From: Candidatus Nanopelagicales bacterium
GTDB lineage: Bacteria > Actinomycetota > Actinomycetes > S36-B12
Reading direction: 5' to 3'
Length of the DNA stretch: 64,000 bases
Assembly: GCA_040398845.1 (NCBI GenBank)
Contig: JBBATH010000010.1
Coordinates: forward strand, 2,456-66,455
This document shows positions 9,201 to 20,000 of this stretch, piece by piece. The notes beneath the pieces were generated by a model, which saw only the letters and a list, made by a program, of their open reading frames with translations, was not told the DNA's origin and did no database searches. Every line of letters starts with the position of its first letter. Within the stretch, counting starts at the first letter, position 1. The translations under genes and the position numbers were made by a program.

Positions 9201-9974
9201 ATGGGAGAACGAGAAGTGAATCTCTTACAGGACAGGGTCATCATCATCACAGGCGGCGCATCCGGCATGGGCCGAGCCGGCGCTCGGATCTTCGCAGAGG
9301 AGGGTGCACGGGTCGTCGTGGCCGATCTCAATGAGGAGCAAGCCCTCGAAACTGAGCGAGAGGTGGTGGCAGCCGGTGGTATTTGCAAGGCCTTCCGCTA
9401 CGACGCAACGAGTTCGGCGGACACTGAGCGACTTGTTGCCAGCACCATTGCAGAGTTCGGGAAACTTGATGTCGCCTGGGCAAATGCTGGCCTGCCAGCA
9501 CCGTTCGCGACGGTTGAGGCGTACGACGAGGACCTCTTCGATCGCCTTATGGCCGTGAACATCAAGGGGCCATGGCTCCTGGCGAAGCACGCGGCCCCGG
9601 CGCTCAAGGATTCGCGCGGCTCTCTCATCATCACCGCTTCGCTTTCTGGTCTCAAGGGCCGGGCAAACCACTCCGGGTATCAGGCAGCCAAGGGCGGTGC
9701 CGTGATGCTCACTCGGTCACTGGCCAAAGAGTTCGCCGCGTTCGGGGTGCGCGTCAACTCGCTGTGCCCGGTGGCGGCGGACACTCCGATGCTGCCCCAG
9801 TTCCTGGACGAGTCGGGTGGCCTCATGTCCCGCGAGGAGTTGGCCGCAGGTATTCCGATGGGGCGCCTGGCCAGTGCGGAGGACGTTGCGCGGGCCGCGC
9901 TCTTCTTCGCCTCCGATCTGTCCGCATTCGTCACAGGAGTGAACCTTCCTGTCGACGGCGGCACGAGCGCCTAG
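9201..9974 (+). CDS. SDR family oxidoreductase
   Basis: TGGASGMG Rossmann motif, YQAAKGG catalytic motif, NSLCP, VTGVNLPVDGG. An alternative GTG start at 9216 has better spacing from the GGGAGAA RBS. Confidence 0.85.
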   Translation: MGEREVNLLQDRVIIITGGASGMGRAGARIFAEEGARVVVADLNEEQALETEREVVAAGGICKAFRYDATSSADTERLVASTIAEFGKLDVAWANAGLPAPFATVEAYDEDLFDRLMAVNIKGPWLLAKHAAPALKDSRGSLIITASLSGLKGRANHSGYQAAKGGAVMLTRSLAKEFAAFGVRVNSLCPVAADTPMLPQFLDESGGLMSREELAAGIPMGRLASAEDVARAALFFASDLSAFVTGVNLPVDGGTSA

Positions 9975-10006
9975 ATGAAACGCGCGAATGTAGGAGGGAC
10001 ACGAGC

Positions 10007-10951
10007 ATGAATGGGGATTTGCCGAGTTACAACGAGTTGCCACTTTCAAGGAATGGTGCGCCGTGGCGTACGGGCTGGGGGGTGTTCGGCAAGGAATCCG
10101 AACTCGGAACCCTTGAATTGCTGACCCCGGAGCGGAGGCGTGCCGCTGCTGCATTGGTCGAGGAGGGTGTGACGATTAACCTTGATCATCCACTCGACAT
10201 TCCTTTGGAGATCTTTGATTTTCGCCCGAAGTTCAAACACAACGTCTTCGAGATCATGCCGGGCTACCTTGATGAGACGCTGGATGATTTCGCACCCCAA
10301 CTCTCAAGTCAATGGGACAGTCTAAGGCATGTCAGATCTCCGGATGGCTTCTACAACGACCTTGTGAGTGATGCCGACTCCCTCAACCCACGATCGCTCC
10401 TCGGTATCGACAAGGTCGCGGAAGCGGGCATCATCGGCCGAGGCGTCCTGCTTGACGTCTGCGAATACATGGCGTCGATCGGTGATCCGATTGAGCCCAA
10501 CTCGCGCCGTGAGATCTCGACGGCAATCCTCGATGACGTGGCGGAGAGTCAGGGCGTCACGATCAAGACGGGCGATATTCTGCTCGTACGATTCGGGGTC
10601 GATACCTTCCTGCGCCGGCTGATCGATCAGCCCGGCAGCATTGAGATGCGCTACGAGGCGCCGGGTTTGATGCAGGACGAGAGCACGCTCGAATGGCTGT
10701 GGGACAAGCATGTGGCAGCGATCTGCGCAGACAACATTGGGGTGGAGGTGACGCCTCCGAGAGGGCCGGACACCCGTCTGCACCCAGCGTTGCTGGGTCT
10801 GTTCGGTCTGACCATGGGAGAGCTCTTCGACCTCGTCGATCTCAGTCGCGAATGCAAGAGCAGGGCAAGGTACGAGTTCCTTTTCGTTGCCAAGCCCTTT
10901 CGGCTCCCTGGAGGCGTCGGTTCTCCGGCGAACGCGATGGCGGTTTTTTAG
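10007..10951 (+). CDS. Cyclase family protein (kynurenine-formamidase-like fold)
   Basis: ATG at 10007 follows an AGGAGGG RBS. The ORF-track 5' extension overlaps the SDR gene and is not credible. Family-like SQWDSLRHV...FYND and GVLLDV. Confidence 0.7.
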   Translation: MNGDLPSYNELPLSRNGAPWRTGWGVFGKESELGTLELLTPERRRAAAALVEEGVTINLDHPLDIPLEIFDFRPKFKHNVFEIMPGYLDETLDDFAPQLSSQWDSLRHVRSPDGFYNDLVSDADSLNPRSLLGIDKVAEAGIIGRGVLLDVCEYMASIGDPIEPNSRREISTAILDDVAESQGVTIKTGDILLVRFGVDTFLRRLIDQPGSIEMRYEAPGLMQDESTLEWLWDKHVAAICADNIGVEVTPPRGPDTRLHPALLGLFGLTMGELFDLVDLSRECKSRARYEFLFVAKPFRLPGGVGSPANAMAVF

Positions 10952-11002
10952 TGCGAAAACTTGTTGAATGCGCGTTGAGCGACCCCTTCCTTTGGTGCCG
11001 TC

Positions 11003-12037
11003 GTGCTCCGTGACCTGACCGTCCTCGATTTCACGCAGCAACTGCCGGGACCGTTCGCCACGGCCCTGCTGAGGAGCCTTGGCGCCCGGGTGATCAAGAT
11101 CGAACCTCCGCAGGGCGATCCGAGTCGGATCCTCGATCCGGAAATGTTTGACCGGGTAAACGTGGGAAAGGAGTCGGTAACCCTTGATCTGAAGTCGGAG
11201 TCTGGTCGCGCGAATGCGCTCGGACTTGTTGCACGTTCAGACATCGTGGTGGAGAGTTTTCGCCCGGGCGTCATGAGTCGGCTAGGTCTCGACTGGCTGG
11301 AATGCCAAGCAGTGAACGCGCGCTTGGTTTATTGCTCCATTTCCGGGTTCGGGTCGGACGGACCATACGCGCACGTCCCTGTTCACGATCTCAATCTCAT
11401 GGCCTGGGGCGATCCTTCGGGGGCGCACCGCACGTCTGGCCATATTGGGGTGCCCTGGGTAGACCTCGGTACGGGCACTACAGCGGCGTTGACCATGGTG
11501 GCAGCTTGGGTTCGCGCAAGGGATCTCGGAGTCGGAGCCAAGCTGGATGTGTCAATGCTCGACGTCGCGCTCAGTTGGTCTCGGGTGAAGCCGCCTCGCT
11601 CGGGGATGGAGCCGACCTATGGGGTCTACCGCACTCGCGATGATCATGACGTCGTTATTGCCGTCCTGGAGGATCATTTCTGGTCGCGCTTGTGCACCGC
11701 CCTTGAGTTGGGTGACCTTGGGCAGGATCCGGCCCTCGCCGCCTACTCGGGTCGGGTCATTCGTGCGGAGGAGATCCACGGACGTGTGAGCGCACGCATA
11801 GCCCAGTTGCAGTTGAGTGAGGTTCTTTCGCTGTCGCAGGTGCATGATCTCCCGATTACTACCGCTCATGCGCAGGCGGACGAACACGCGGTTGCTCAAT
11901 TGGCGCTCGCCGGTTTCGGTGACGGGGGCTTCAGGCTCCCGACACCTGAAACAAGTCATGGTGTTGGTCGGGCTCCTGAACCCGGTGAGCACACCGCACT
12001 AATAATGGCCGAGTTTGCCGGGTCCCTAGGCACCTGA
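11003..12037 (+). CDS. CaiB/BaiF family CoA-transferase
   Basis: N-terminus LRDLTVLDFTQQLPGPFATALLRSLGARVIKIEPPQGDPSR, ESFRPGVM, and YCSISGFG typical of family III CoA-transferases. Confidence 0.85.
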   Translation: MLRDLTVLDFTQQLPGPFATALLRSLGARVIKIEPPQGDPSRILDPEMFDRVNVGKESVTLDLKSESGRANALGLVARSDIVVESFRPGVMSRLGLDWLECQAVNARLVYCSISGFGSDGPYAHVPVHDLNLMAWGDPSGAHRTSGHIGVPWVDLGTGTTAALTMVAAWVRARDLGVGAKLDVSMLDVALSWSRVKPPRSGMEPTYGVYRTRDDHDVVIAVLEDHFWSRLCTALELGDLGQDPALAAYSGRVIRAEEIHGRVSARIAQLQLSEVLSLSQVHDLPITTAHAQADEHAVAQLALAGFGDGGFRLPTPETSHGVGRAPEPGEHTALIMAEFAGSLGT

Positions 12038-12104
12038 CGGGATACCGCAGGTGTGCCACCGCGAAACTGCAATGTAGGGAGCGGCTTCGAAAGTGGCAGA
12101 TGGC

Positions 12105-12509
12105 TCAGTTGAGGGTGAATGTGCGATTCGACTGGTCGGTGATCCCAGGGAAGACGACCCGAACCTTCGTGAAAACCTTCGTGCCGTTGATGGTCTTCGG
12201 GGCTGACAGGGTGACGTTCGCCTTGTAGCGATGGAACATCCCTGCCACGCAGGTTGGTGAGCAGTCGTTTTCGGAGAAGACCCCGGTTGCCTTGGCGGTC
12301 GACTGTCCCCATGCGCTCCACTTGAGTGTCTCGAGCGCGGTGTTCGCATCGGCGCAGGACAAAACGAGTCCGCTTGGCTTTACGGAAACCTCGCCGCAGT
12401 TGCTCACCTTCGGCAGGGCCGTTGCGGCACTCGCGGCGACGGGGAGTGCGAGGCTTCCGGCAGACATGATGGCGATGGCGGCACTGGCAGTAAGGATCCT
12501 GGTGATCAT
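12105..12509 (-). CDS. Small secreted protein, unknown function
   Basis: 134 aa with a signal peptide (MITRILTASAAIAIMSAGSLALPVAASA) and four Cys. I recognise no family. Confidence 0.55.
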   Translation of the reverse strand: MITRILTASAAIAIMSAGSLALPVAASAATALPKVSNCGEVSVKPSGLVLSCADANTALETLKWSAWGQSTAKATGVFSENDCSPTCVAGMFHRYKANVTLSAPKTINGTKVFTKVRVVFPGITDQSNRTFTLN

Positions 12510-12658
12510 GGGGGTCCAATCTGAGTTTGCGTATCGATTCGATGAATAATCGCGTCTTGCTTGGCGAAGCCCACGTGAATTCCGCCATGATAACCCAGCG
12601 ATGGATGCGCTGAACCAGCCAATCTCAACGCCGGCCCAATGTTGACGTGCCAGATCCC

Positions 12659-13156
12659 CTATTTCAGAAGGGTGAGGACGTGGCGGTAGGTCCCTTCGAC
12701 CGAGCGCGTCGTGGTCACCTCGCCGCGGGCCCCGAGGTACTTGCCCGTGCCACCGACAATGGCAATGCGATGAGGAACTGACACAACAAGGTACTGCTCC
12801 GTCTTCGTATAGAGCCCCATGCCACTGGCGACAATTTGTCCATCGCTCAGGTAAAAGACCACGTTTCGCGTGCGTTTTTCGATTTCGACGCCCGCGGACT
12901 CGACGACGGATGTTATGACGACGTGGAACGTGCCGACTGGCTTGCCCTTACTTGATCGCAGGACGGCGTCATGAACCGACACAGTGGCGACCCCGGGACC
13001 CAGGTCGGGGGTTGTTGAGCTTTTGGGAACGTCGTTCAGCAGCACGAGGGTGGTTGCCCCGGCAGGGGTGTCTGCTGCGATCGCTGGGGTTCCCTGCGCG
13101 AGGGCGGCCATGGTGATGAGGGCACTTGCTATGGCGATCATTCGACCTACGCGCAC
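12659..13156 (-). CDS. Secreted dirigent/allene-oxide-cyclase-barrel-like protein
   Basis: 165 aa with a signal peptide ending AIAAD. The C-terminal IAIVGGTGKYLGARGEV resembles the dirigent-type VVGGTGxFxxARG motif. Confidence 0.5.
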   Translation of the reverse strand: MRVGRMIAIASALITMAALAQGTPAIAADTPAGATTLVLLNDVPKSSTTPDLGPGVATVSVHDAVLRSSKGKPVGTFHVVITSVVESAGVEIEKRTRNVVFYLSDGQIVASGMGLYTKTEQYLVVSVPHRIAIVGGTGKYLGARGEVTTTRSVEGTYRHVLTLLK

Positions 13157-13315
13157 GAAAGACTCCTAGATTTGCGATTCAGGGGGAGGTTCCTCTGAGA
13201 TTGACGGTAGCGGTGAACGAGGAAGTTCGCGCGGGCAGCGACCATGCGCGGAAACTGAAGCGCAAGGTGTGTGGAAATAGTAGTCTTAGAAGTGCGGAAA
13301 TGGTAGTGTTTAATC

Positions 13316-14617
13316 GTGAATCACCCCCCGTCTACCGCGTTCACGAGCGGCTACGTTCGCAGGATCGTCGACGAGTTGCTCGACGAGTTGCTCCCCCAAC
13401 TGCCGACAATCCTGCTAGACGGGCCAAAGGCGGTCGGCAAGACCGCCACCGCAACCCGACGGGCTCGCACGGTCCACGACCTCGGCGATCCTGGCCCGCG
13501 GGCCACCGCCCGGGCCGATCCGAGAACAGTGCTGCATGGAACAAAACCCATACTCATTGACGAGTGGCAGCGAGTCGAGGCCACGTGGGACACCGTCAAG
13601 GCGGCGGTCGATCGCGACTTCAGTGGAGGCCAGTATCTCCTCGCGGGCTCTGCCGCTGCCCCCTCCCCCGATGGACACCACTCTGGAGCGGGACGGATCA
13701 CGCCTGTGCGGATGCGCCCATTGACGCTTGCGGAGCGTTCCGTCTGCACGCCAACGGTTTCCTTGGCCGACCTGCTCACCGGCGCGCGAGCGCCCATAAC
13801 GGGCAGGTGTGACCTGCGACTTGTTGAGTACACCGAACAGATCGTCGGTTCAGGGTTCCCAGCCCTGCAGCACCTGACACCCCGCGCGCGCAGCATCGCA
13901 CTCGACGGCTACCTAGCCCGGATCGTCGACTCCGATCTCGAAGAGGCTGGGCTGCGAGTGAGGCGGCCGGCAACTGTCGCGGCTTGGCTCCGCGCCTACG
14001 CCGCCGCGACGTCAACGACGGCATCTTGGGAAACCATCCGAGGGGCGGCTACCTCCGGTGCCGCTCAGGTTCCGGCACGCTCGACGACCCTGCCGTACGT
14101 CGATGCGCTCACGCGACTGCGAATCCTTGACGAGGTGCCCGCGTGGACGCCGACGTTCAACCACCTCAGCCGGGTGGGCCAGGCACCGAAGCACCACCTT
14201 GCTGATCCAGCCCTCGCCGCGCGGCTCACCGGCATGACCGTCTCACGACTCTTGGACGGCGATGGGCCCACCGCAATTCCGCGCGACGGCGTCTTCCTTG
14301 GGGCTCTCTTCGAGTCCCTCGCGACATTGTGCGTGCGGGTGTACGCCCAGGCCAGCGATGCGCAGACCGCGCACCTGCGCGCGCACGATGGGCGCCGGGA
14401 GATTGACGTGATCGTGATCCGCGACGACGGCAAGGTCCTCGCCTTGGAGGTTAAACTCGAGGCCGTCGTCGACGACCACGACGTACGGCACCTGCGCTGG
14501 CTCCGCGATGAACTCGGCGACCAAGTCCTTGATCAGGTGATCCTCACCACGGGGGAGCAGGCATACCGTCGCCCCGACGGCATCGCGGTCATTCCACTCG
14601 GGCTGCTCGGCCCCTAG
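13316..14617 (+). CDS. ATP-binding protein, AAA domain plus DUF4143-type C-terminus
   Basis: 433 aa with a P-loop-like LDGPKAVGKTATA, Walker-B-like PILIDEWQ, and a restriction-endonuclease-like tail (REIDVIVI...LALEVK). Confidence 0.7.
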   Translation: MNHPPSTAFTSGYVRRIVDELLDELLPQLPTILLDGPKAVGKTATATRRARTVHDLGDPGPRATARADPRTVLHGTKPILIDEWQRVEATWDTVKAAVDRDFSGGQYLLAGSAAAPSPDGHHSGAGRITPVRMRPLTLAERSVCTPTVSLADLLTGARAPITGRCDLRLVEYTEQIVGSGFPALQHLTPRARSIALDGYLARIVDSDLEEAGLRVRRPATVAAWLRAYAAATSTTASWETIRGAATSGAAQVPARSTTLPYVDALTRLRILDEVPAWTPTFNHLSRVGQAPKHHLADPALAARLTGMTVSRLLDGDGPTAIPRDGVFLGALFESLATLCVRVYAQASDAQTAHLRAHDGRREIDVIVIRDDGKVLALEVKLEAVVDDHDVRHLRWLRDELGDQVLDQVILTTGEQAYRRPDGIAVIPLGLLGP

Positions 14618-15078
14618 CGAGCCAATGCCTCGCAATCTCTATCACGCGCGGCATGGAGTTTCATGACAAATACTTGGGTGACTGGGCCACCGAGGGCGAG
14701 TCAACGTGGGTGGCCTTTGAGGGTGAAACAACGAGCGATCTCGAGAGTGTCCGGAGTGAAGGCGCTCGCGGCGGAGTTGACCCAATGAGGTGAGAGTCCG
14801 ATCCGGACGGTTCCGGCATTTGTGCAGTGCTGGGGGAAACAGCATCAGGATTCAGTGTCAGGTAATCGAGAAATCCGCGAATGTGTGTCCACCCCGGGCG
14901 GTCCTGACCGCTGGGATCGGTGGCCCAAGCTCGGGTCAGGTCGCCAAGCTGAGGGCTTCGCAATGATCGTCCTGTCAATTGAAGTTCACACCCAGCAGAC
15001 AGGAGGAGGCGCTCAAGCATGCCAATCTTCGGTTCCACCTCATGAGCATGCACGTAAGGAACGTGTACCGTCCACTCG

Positions 15079-16722
15079 TCATTTCGTGTTCGTTTGCTTG
15101 ACGACGTAGGGAACGAAGCCGTACTCGAGCCCGGCGGGAGGCGTGACGAGAAGGCCGGGGTCCAGGCTGACGAGGGCACCCTCCTTTGGAGGCGCCATGA
15201 ACGAGGTGCCGCTGGTCCAGGCACGCTGCATGCGCACGATGTTGCGCTGCATGACCGTGGCCTGACTCCGCGTCAGATTAAGTCGTTGGAATGCGGGCTG
15301 GTCGACGAACCGGTACCAGCGGTAGTTCACCGCGGAGCCATCGAGAAGTCGGGTCGTGTAGTCGCGGGAGGCGGCCCTACTGGCGCTCCACCAGGACGGA
15401 CTCGAATAGGTGAATGCCGGATCCGGTGAGTACTCGAAGGTCGCAGCAGCGAGGGCGCTCGGCACGGCTGACTCGAGCACAGCGACTCTCGTCCGGCCCA
15501 CCTTCTTGAAGGTGCCCGGCAGATGTCCGATGCCTTGTTGATCTGCCCACTGCAGACCGTAGGCACTTCCGCCGTCGAACGACTGGAGTTTCACGGTGCT
15601 GAGCAGGTCTGGAAGCCTGTCGCCCTCCTGATAAAACGTCTGGCCACCAGTGGTGAAGAGCTCGGGCGAGGCACCGGACTCGTCAAAGTCCATGGGTAGC
15701 CTACCCTTCCCGGCCATCCACGCGGACAGCCGATCGGCGATCGCGCCGGCTGAGTGGGCTTGGGCATCGCGAGTAAAAATGGTCCGACCCTTCGAGTCGA
15801 TCGGGAAGACGGTGGGGGGAACCTTGGTGAAGACCGTGCCCGTCGCGTCCGTCTGCGTCATGAAGGGCACGCTGTTCCACTCGGAGGCGAAGCCGTTGAC
15901 GAAGCCCTCGTTTGCGTCCAGCCCAAGGCCCGCCAAGGCCGGGGTGCCGTCGGTGACTGCCGACCAGACCTGCGGGAGCCAGTAGGTGACCGGGCCGTTG
16001 AAATTTTCGGCGTTAATGAACAGCGTCCAAGCTCGGTTTCCGGATGGGCCGGCGCCAAGCGCTCGTCCGGGTGCGGGAAGCGGCAGGCTCATCCATGCCG
16101 TGCCGAGGTAGCCACCGGACGATGCGGGGGTCAGCGGCATGCCGTCGGGGGGCACGAGGAGGCGGTTGCTGAACTGGACGAGGGCTGTCTCACTGCGGCG
16201 CACCGGCCGCGTGTCGTCGAAGGTCCAGCCAGGTGAAGAGTACAGGGTGTTGTAGCAGTCGGGGGTGCCGTTCATGGCGTACTTGGGCATGACGGTGCGA
16301 AATTTCGTGCTGGCCCACCAACCGAGGCTTCCTTCGATGGTCTGGAAGTAGCCCCACCAACTGCCGTTTCGCATGTCGTCTAACTTGGACTTCGCGCAGA
16401 AGGCTCGCTGCACGCTGGAGGGCTGGTTCACGTTGTTGGGTGAGATCCAGGTGGAGCTCAACCCGATCTGGAGTCCGTCGATCGGCTTGGCGAGAAGGGG
16501 CCATGCCTGCGAGTACCAACTGAAGCCCTCGCGGTAGCCGGGTGGACTATCGGCTGTGTCAGCTGAGAAGTAGGCGTTGCACGAGGAGTCCTCGCAGGTC
16601 GAGAAGGCGCCACCGGACGAGTACTCGACTGGTGCAGGCGCAGCCTCGGCCCTCCCGTCGCCGAATGGAATCGTCAGGACAGTGGCCGTAGCCACGGCGC
16701 CTACCGTCGCCCGAAGTCGCAT
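15079..16722 (-). CDS. Large secreted protein, unknown function
   Basis: 547 aa with a signal peptide (MRLRATVGAVATATVLTIPFGDGRAEA) and W/Y/G-rich composition. I recognise no family. Confidence 0.65.
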   Translation of the reverse strand: MRLRATVGAVATATVLTIPFGDGRAEAAPAPVEYSSGGAFSTCEDSSCNAYFSADTADSPPGYREGFSWYSQAWPLLAKPIDGLQIGLSSTWISPNNVNQPSSVQRAFCAKSKLDDMRNGSWWGYFQTIEGSLGWWASTKFRTVMPKYAMNGTPDCYNTLYSSPGWTFDDTRPVRRSETALVQFSNRLLVPPDGMPLTPASSGGYLGTAWMSLPLPAPGRALGAGPSGNRAWTLFINAENFNGPVTYWLPQVWSAVTDGTPALAGLGLDANEGFVNGFASEWNSVPFMTQTDATGTVFTKVPPTVFPIDSKGRTIFTRDAQAHSAGAIADRLSAWMAGKGRLPMDFDESGASPELFTTGGQTFYQEGDRLPDLLSTVKLQSFDGGSAYGLQWADQQGIGHLPGTFKKVGRTRVAVLESAVPSALAAATFEYSPDPAFTYSSPSWWSASRAASRDYTTRLLDGSAVNYRWYRFVDQPAFQRLNLTRSQATVMQRNIVRMQRAWTSGTSFMAPPKEGALVSLDPGLLVTPPAGLEYGFVPYVVKQTNTK

Positions 16723-17015
16723 GTGAAAAGCCTAGATCCCTGGTCAGCGGCCCGCGACAATAACGATTCGCCCGTGGGGGTCCGAATGCCTTCATCGATC
16801 TCGTTGCACCCCTCCCGCTGTTGTCCTCACTGTCGGCCATGACTCCCTACGCGACATTTCCATGCGACCGACTCGTTCCGCGGCTCGTTCGGTCTGTCCG
16901 GATTGCTGCTGAGCGCCGCGGTCGATGTCGAGCGTGTGTGGGCATGTCCGGTGGTGTCACGGATCTGGTCCTGAGGCATGATGATTCGACATCAAATGAC
17001 GAAGGGCGCAACCTC

Positions 17016-20000
17016 ATGAGTGACATCATCGATATCCCCAGCCCCAGAGGTTTGCCCTTCGTCGGCAATGGACTGCAGTTTCTCGGCAGTAATGTCGTCG
17101 AGCGGTTCAGGGCAGTCGTGCGGGCATCGCCAGACGGCCTCGTCCGGCTTCGCTTCCCGAAGGCCGTCGCGCCGGTGCCGGTCATCGTGTGCTCGTCGGC
17201 CGAGGCTAGCCGCGAATTGTTCGATGATGACCGCTTTCCGAAATTCCTTGCTCCAGCCGTCGCGAATCTCACGCCAACCGGCATCTTCACGATGTTCACC
17301 CACGACCCGGTGTGGGCGCCGACGCATCGGCACATCCTCCCCTCACTCAGCGGCGCTCAGGTCATTCGCGACCTACCCATCCTCCATTCCGTGGCGCGCG
17401 AGCTCACTGACTTCGTCCTCGGTCAGGGGCCGAGGGATGGCCGAGTCAACATGGAGGATGCACTGACGAGGGCGGCGTTCGATGCCATCTGCCAGATCGC
17501 TCTGCGGACGAGCTATGGGGCGCTGTACCGGCAGTCCGGCCCTGAGTTCTTCGACCTGGTCCGCAAGGGCCTCGACGAGACGATGGCCGAGGTGCGGGAG
17601 CTTCCCCTTGTCTGGAAGATGCAGATCCCACGGAGGCGACGGCAGGCGGATCGGTTGGCTCGTGCGCGCAGGGAGGCCGACGCCATCATCGAGCACCGCA
17701 GGCGGCTGGGGCCCGAGGCAGGCACCGACGACCTGCTCGCCCGCTTGCTGTGGCAGGGCGACCCGGAGACGGGCCAGCCGATATCGGCGGACACGATCCG
17801 AGACCAGGTGCTGTCGTTCGCCGTCCTCGGCCAGGACACGACGAAATCCCTGATGACGTGGGCGTTGTACCACCTGAGCGCCTACCCCAATATTCAGCGG
17901 CAGGTGCAGGACGAAATCGACTCGATCACCGGCAGGGATCAGACCCGGCCGCTCTCAGCCACCGAGCTCGCGCATCTGCAGGTGCTCGATCGGGTGCTGA
18001 GCGAGACCCTTCGCATCACCCAGCCGATTCCCAATGTGGTCCGATACGCCGCCGCGGAGGACACCCTGCTCGGGAAGTACCGGGTGCCGCAAGGTTCCAT
18101 CATCGTGATGCTCCGTGACGTCACGCACCTGGATTCCGTCAGCTGGCCGAACCCAGAGCAGTTCGACCCGGATCGCTGGCTTCCCGATCGGATCGACACG
18201 ATCGTGCCCGGCTCATACTCGCCATTTGGCGATGGGATCCGTGCGTGCATCGGTCAGGGCTTCGCGCACATGGAAGCCCTGACCTTCCTGTCCACCCTGC
18301 TGCGCTCCGCCACCTTCGAGCTCGATGGCGAGTACTCGCTCGATGTGTCATCCGTTCACTTCTCTTCATCTCCGGCCGCGCTCAAGCACCTTCGAGTCGT
18401 CCGTCGCGAGCCATCGCGCGTCGTCCCCGTCGCGAACGCCGCACCGGCGTCCGGGTGCCCGTACCCATCCGCCCCCGATGCGACCACAGATGCCATGCCG
18501 AGTGCCGACGACCTTCCGGACGACTTCTCGGCGGCCACCGAAGGCTCGCTCACCGTTGCCTACGGGTCTGAGGGCGGCACCTGCCACCAGATCGCCCGGC
18601 GCCTCGCGCGGGAGGCCACGAGTATGGGGCTCAACGCCGCCATCACGCCCCTCGACTCCATCGTCGACGCCCTGCCGTTGGCAGGTCCGCTCGTCATCGT
18701 CAGCTCGTCGTATAACGGCGCGCCGCCGAGCAATGCGCGCAGGTTCCTCGCCCACCTGAAGTCCGGTGATGCTGAACTTTCTTCGATGGAGGTAGCGGTC
18801 CTTGGCCTCGGAGACCCGGCCTGGCACCTCACCTATCAAGCCGTGCCGACTGAGATAGACACCCTGCTTCGTCGGGCTGGCTGCACGCCAATCGTTGAAC
18901 GTGGGGCGATGGATGTCTCGCAGGACTTCTCGCCCGAATACTTCGCTTGGACGAAGACCCTGTGGCAGGCCCTCGGGCTTTCCGCGAGTACTGGCGGGGA
19001 TCAGAACCGTTCGCAATCCTCATTGAGCGTCACGCGTGCCCATCACGCATCATTGGAGACGATTGACGAAGGCGTGAGCAACGGGTACGTGTCCTCGATC
19101 CGCGAACTCAGGCGGACATGGTCAGGCACGACCGGCGGGCGTTCCACGCGACATGTCGAGATCAGCCTGCCCGAGGGGATGACCTATGAGACGGGCGATC
19201 ACCTGATCGTCCACTCCTACAACCATCGGCCCGTTGTTGACCGGGCACTCGACGTACTCGGCATTGAAGCCGGGGCCATGATCGAGATCACTGCTGAGGA
19301 TTCAGGGGGCACGTGGTTGCCCACCGGGGTTCCGGTCGACGCCCGGTTCCTGTTCGAGGGCTTCATTGACTTCGGGCAGCCGATGTCGGCTCGGCAGATG
19401 CCAGTCCTGGCGCAGGCGCTCACCGGCGCGGCCGCTGCCACGGTCTTTGGCCTCGCGGCGCTGTCGCCTGAGGAATTCGATGCCCAGGTCTTCGATCGGC
19501 GACTGACGCTGCTCGACCTCCTCACCGAGCTCGGCAAGCCGGCCATTCCGCTTTAGGTGGCCCTTAGCCTGCTGAGCCCGCTCAAGCGCCGCCGGTACTC
19601 GATCTCGTCATCGCCCCTTGACGATCCTGGGGTTGCGAGCATCACGGTCGGAGTGGTTCGAGGGCCAGCGCTTTCGGGGCATGGAACCTTTCGCGGCGTG
19701 GCATCGACCTACCTTGCTGGGGTCGAGGCCGGGCAGGTGGTCAAGGTGGCGGTCGCATCCTCGGGCGGGTTCCAGCCACCGGATGATGCTTCGGTGCCGA
19801 TCATCATGATCGGAGCGGGGACTGGCATCGCACCTTTCCGCGGCTTTGCCCAGCACCGTGCTGGCCAGCGAGCGCAGGGGAGTGCTCTGGGTGAGGCGCT
19901 CCTCCTTGCCGGCTGCCAGCGAAGCGATGAGGACCGCCTCTACCTCGACGAGTGGGAGGCCCACAAGCGCGATGGCGTCGTCGAGGTCCAGTGGGCGTTC

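Noticed and set aside
9572-10006. 5' extension of the cyclase-family ORF (the track ORF starts at 9572) and similar extensions at 1346, 3520, 4614, 16821, 23930, 30992-32203, 34625, 36722-38014, 38240, 58453-60822, 61143 and 61849.
   Set aside because: The extensions overlap the preceding genes or have non-coding-like composition. Internal starts with an RBS or with stop-start overlaps fit family N-termini better.
14661-15224. 187-aa minus-strand ORF downstream of the 547-aa secreted-protein gene. Its middle part (MLERLLLSAGCELQLTGRS...WTHIRGFLDYL) recalls the C-terminal part of Xre/HTH antitoxin-like proteins.
   Set aside because: The 5' part overlaps the upstream gene by about 145 nt. The 3' half is Ser/Pro/Arg-rich, wrong-frame-like sequence, and alternative frames are equally poor. 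At best it is a frameshifted remnant, which is not enough to call a CDS.
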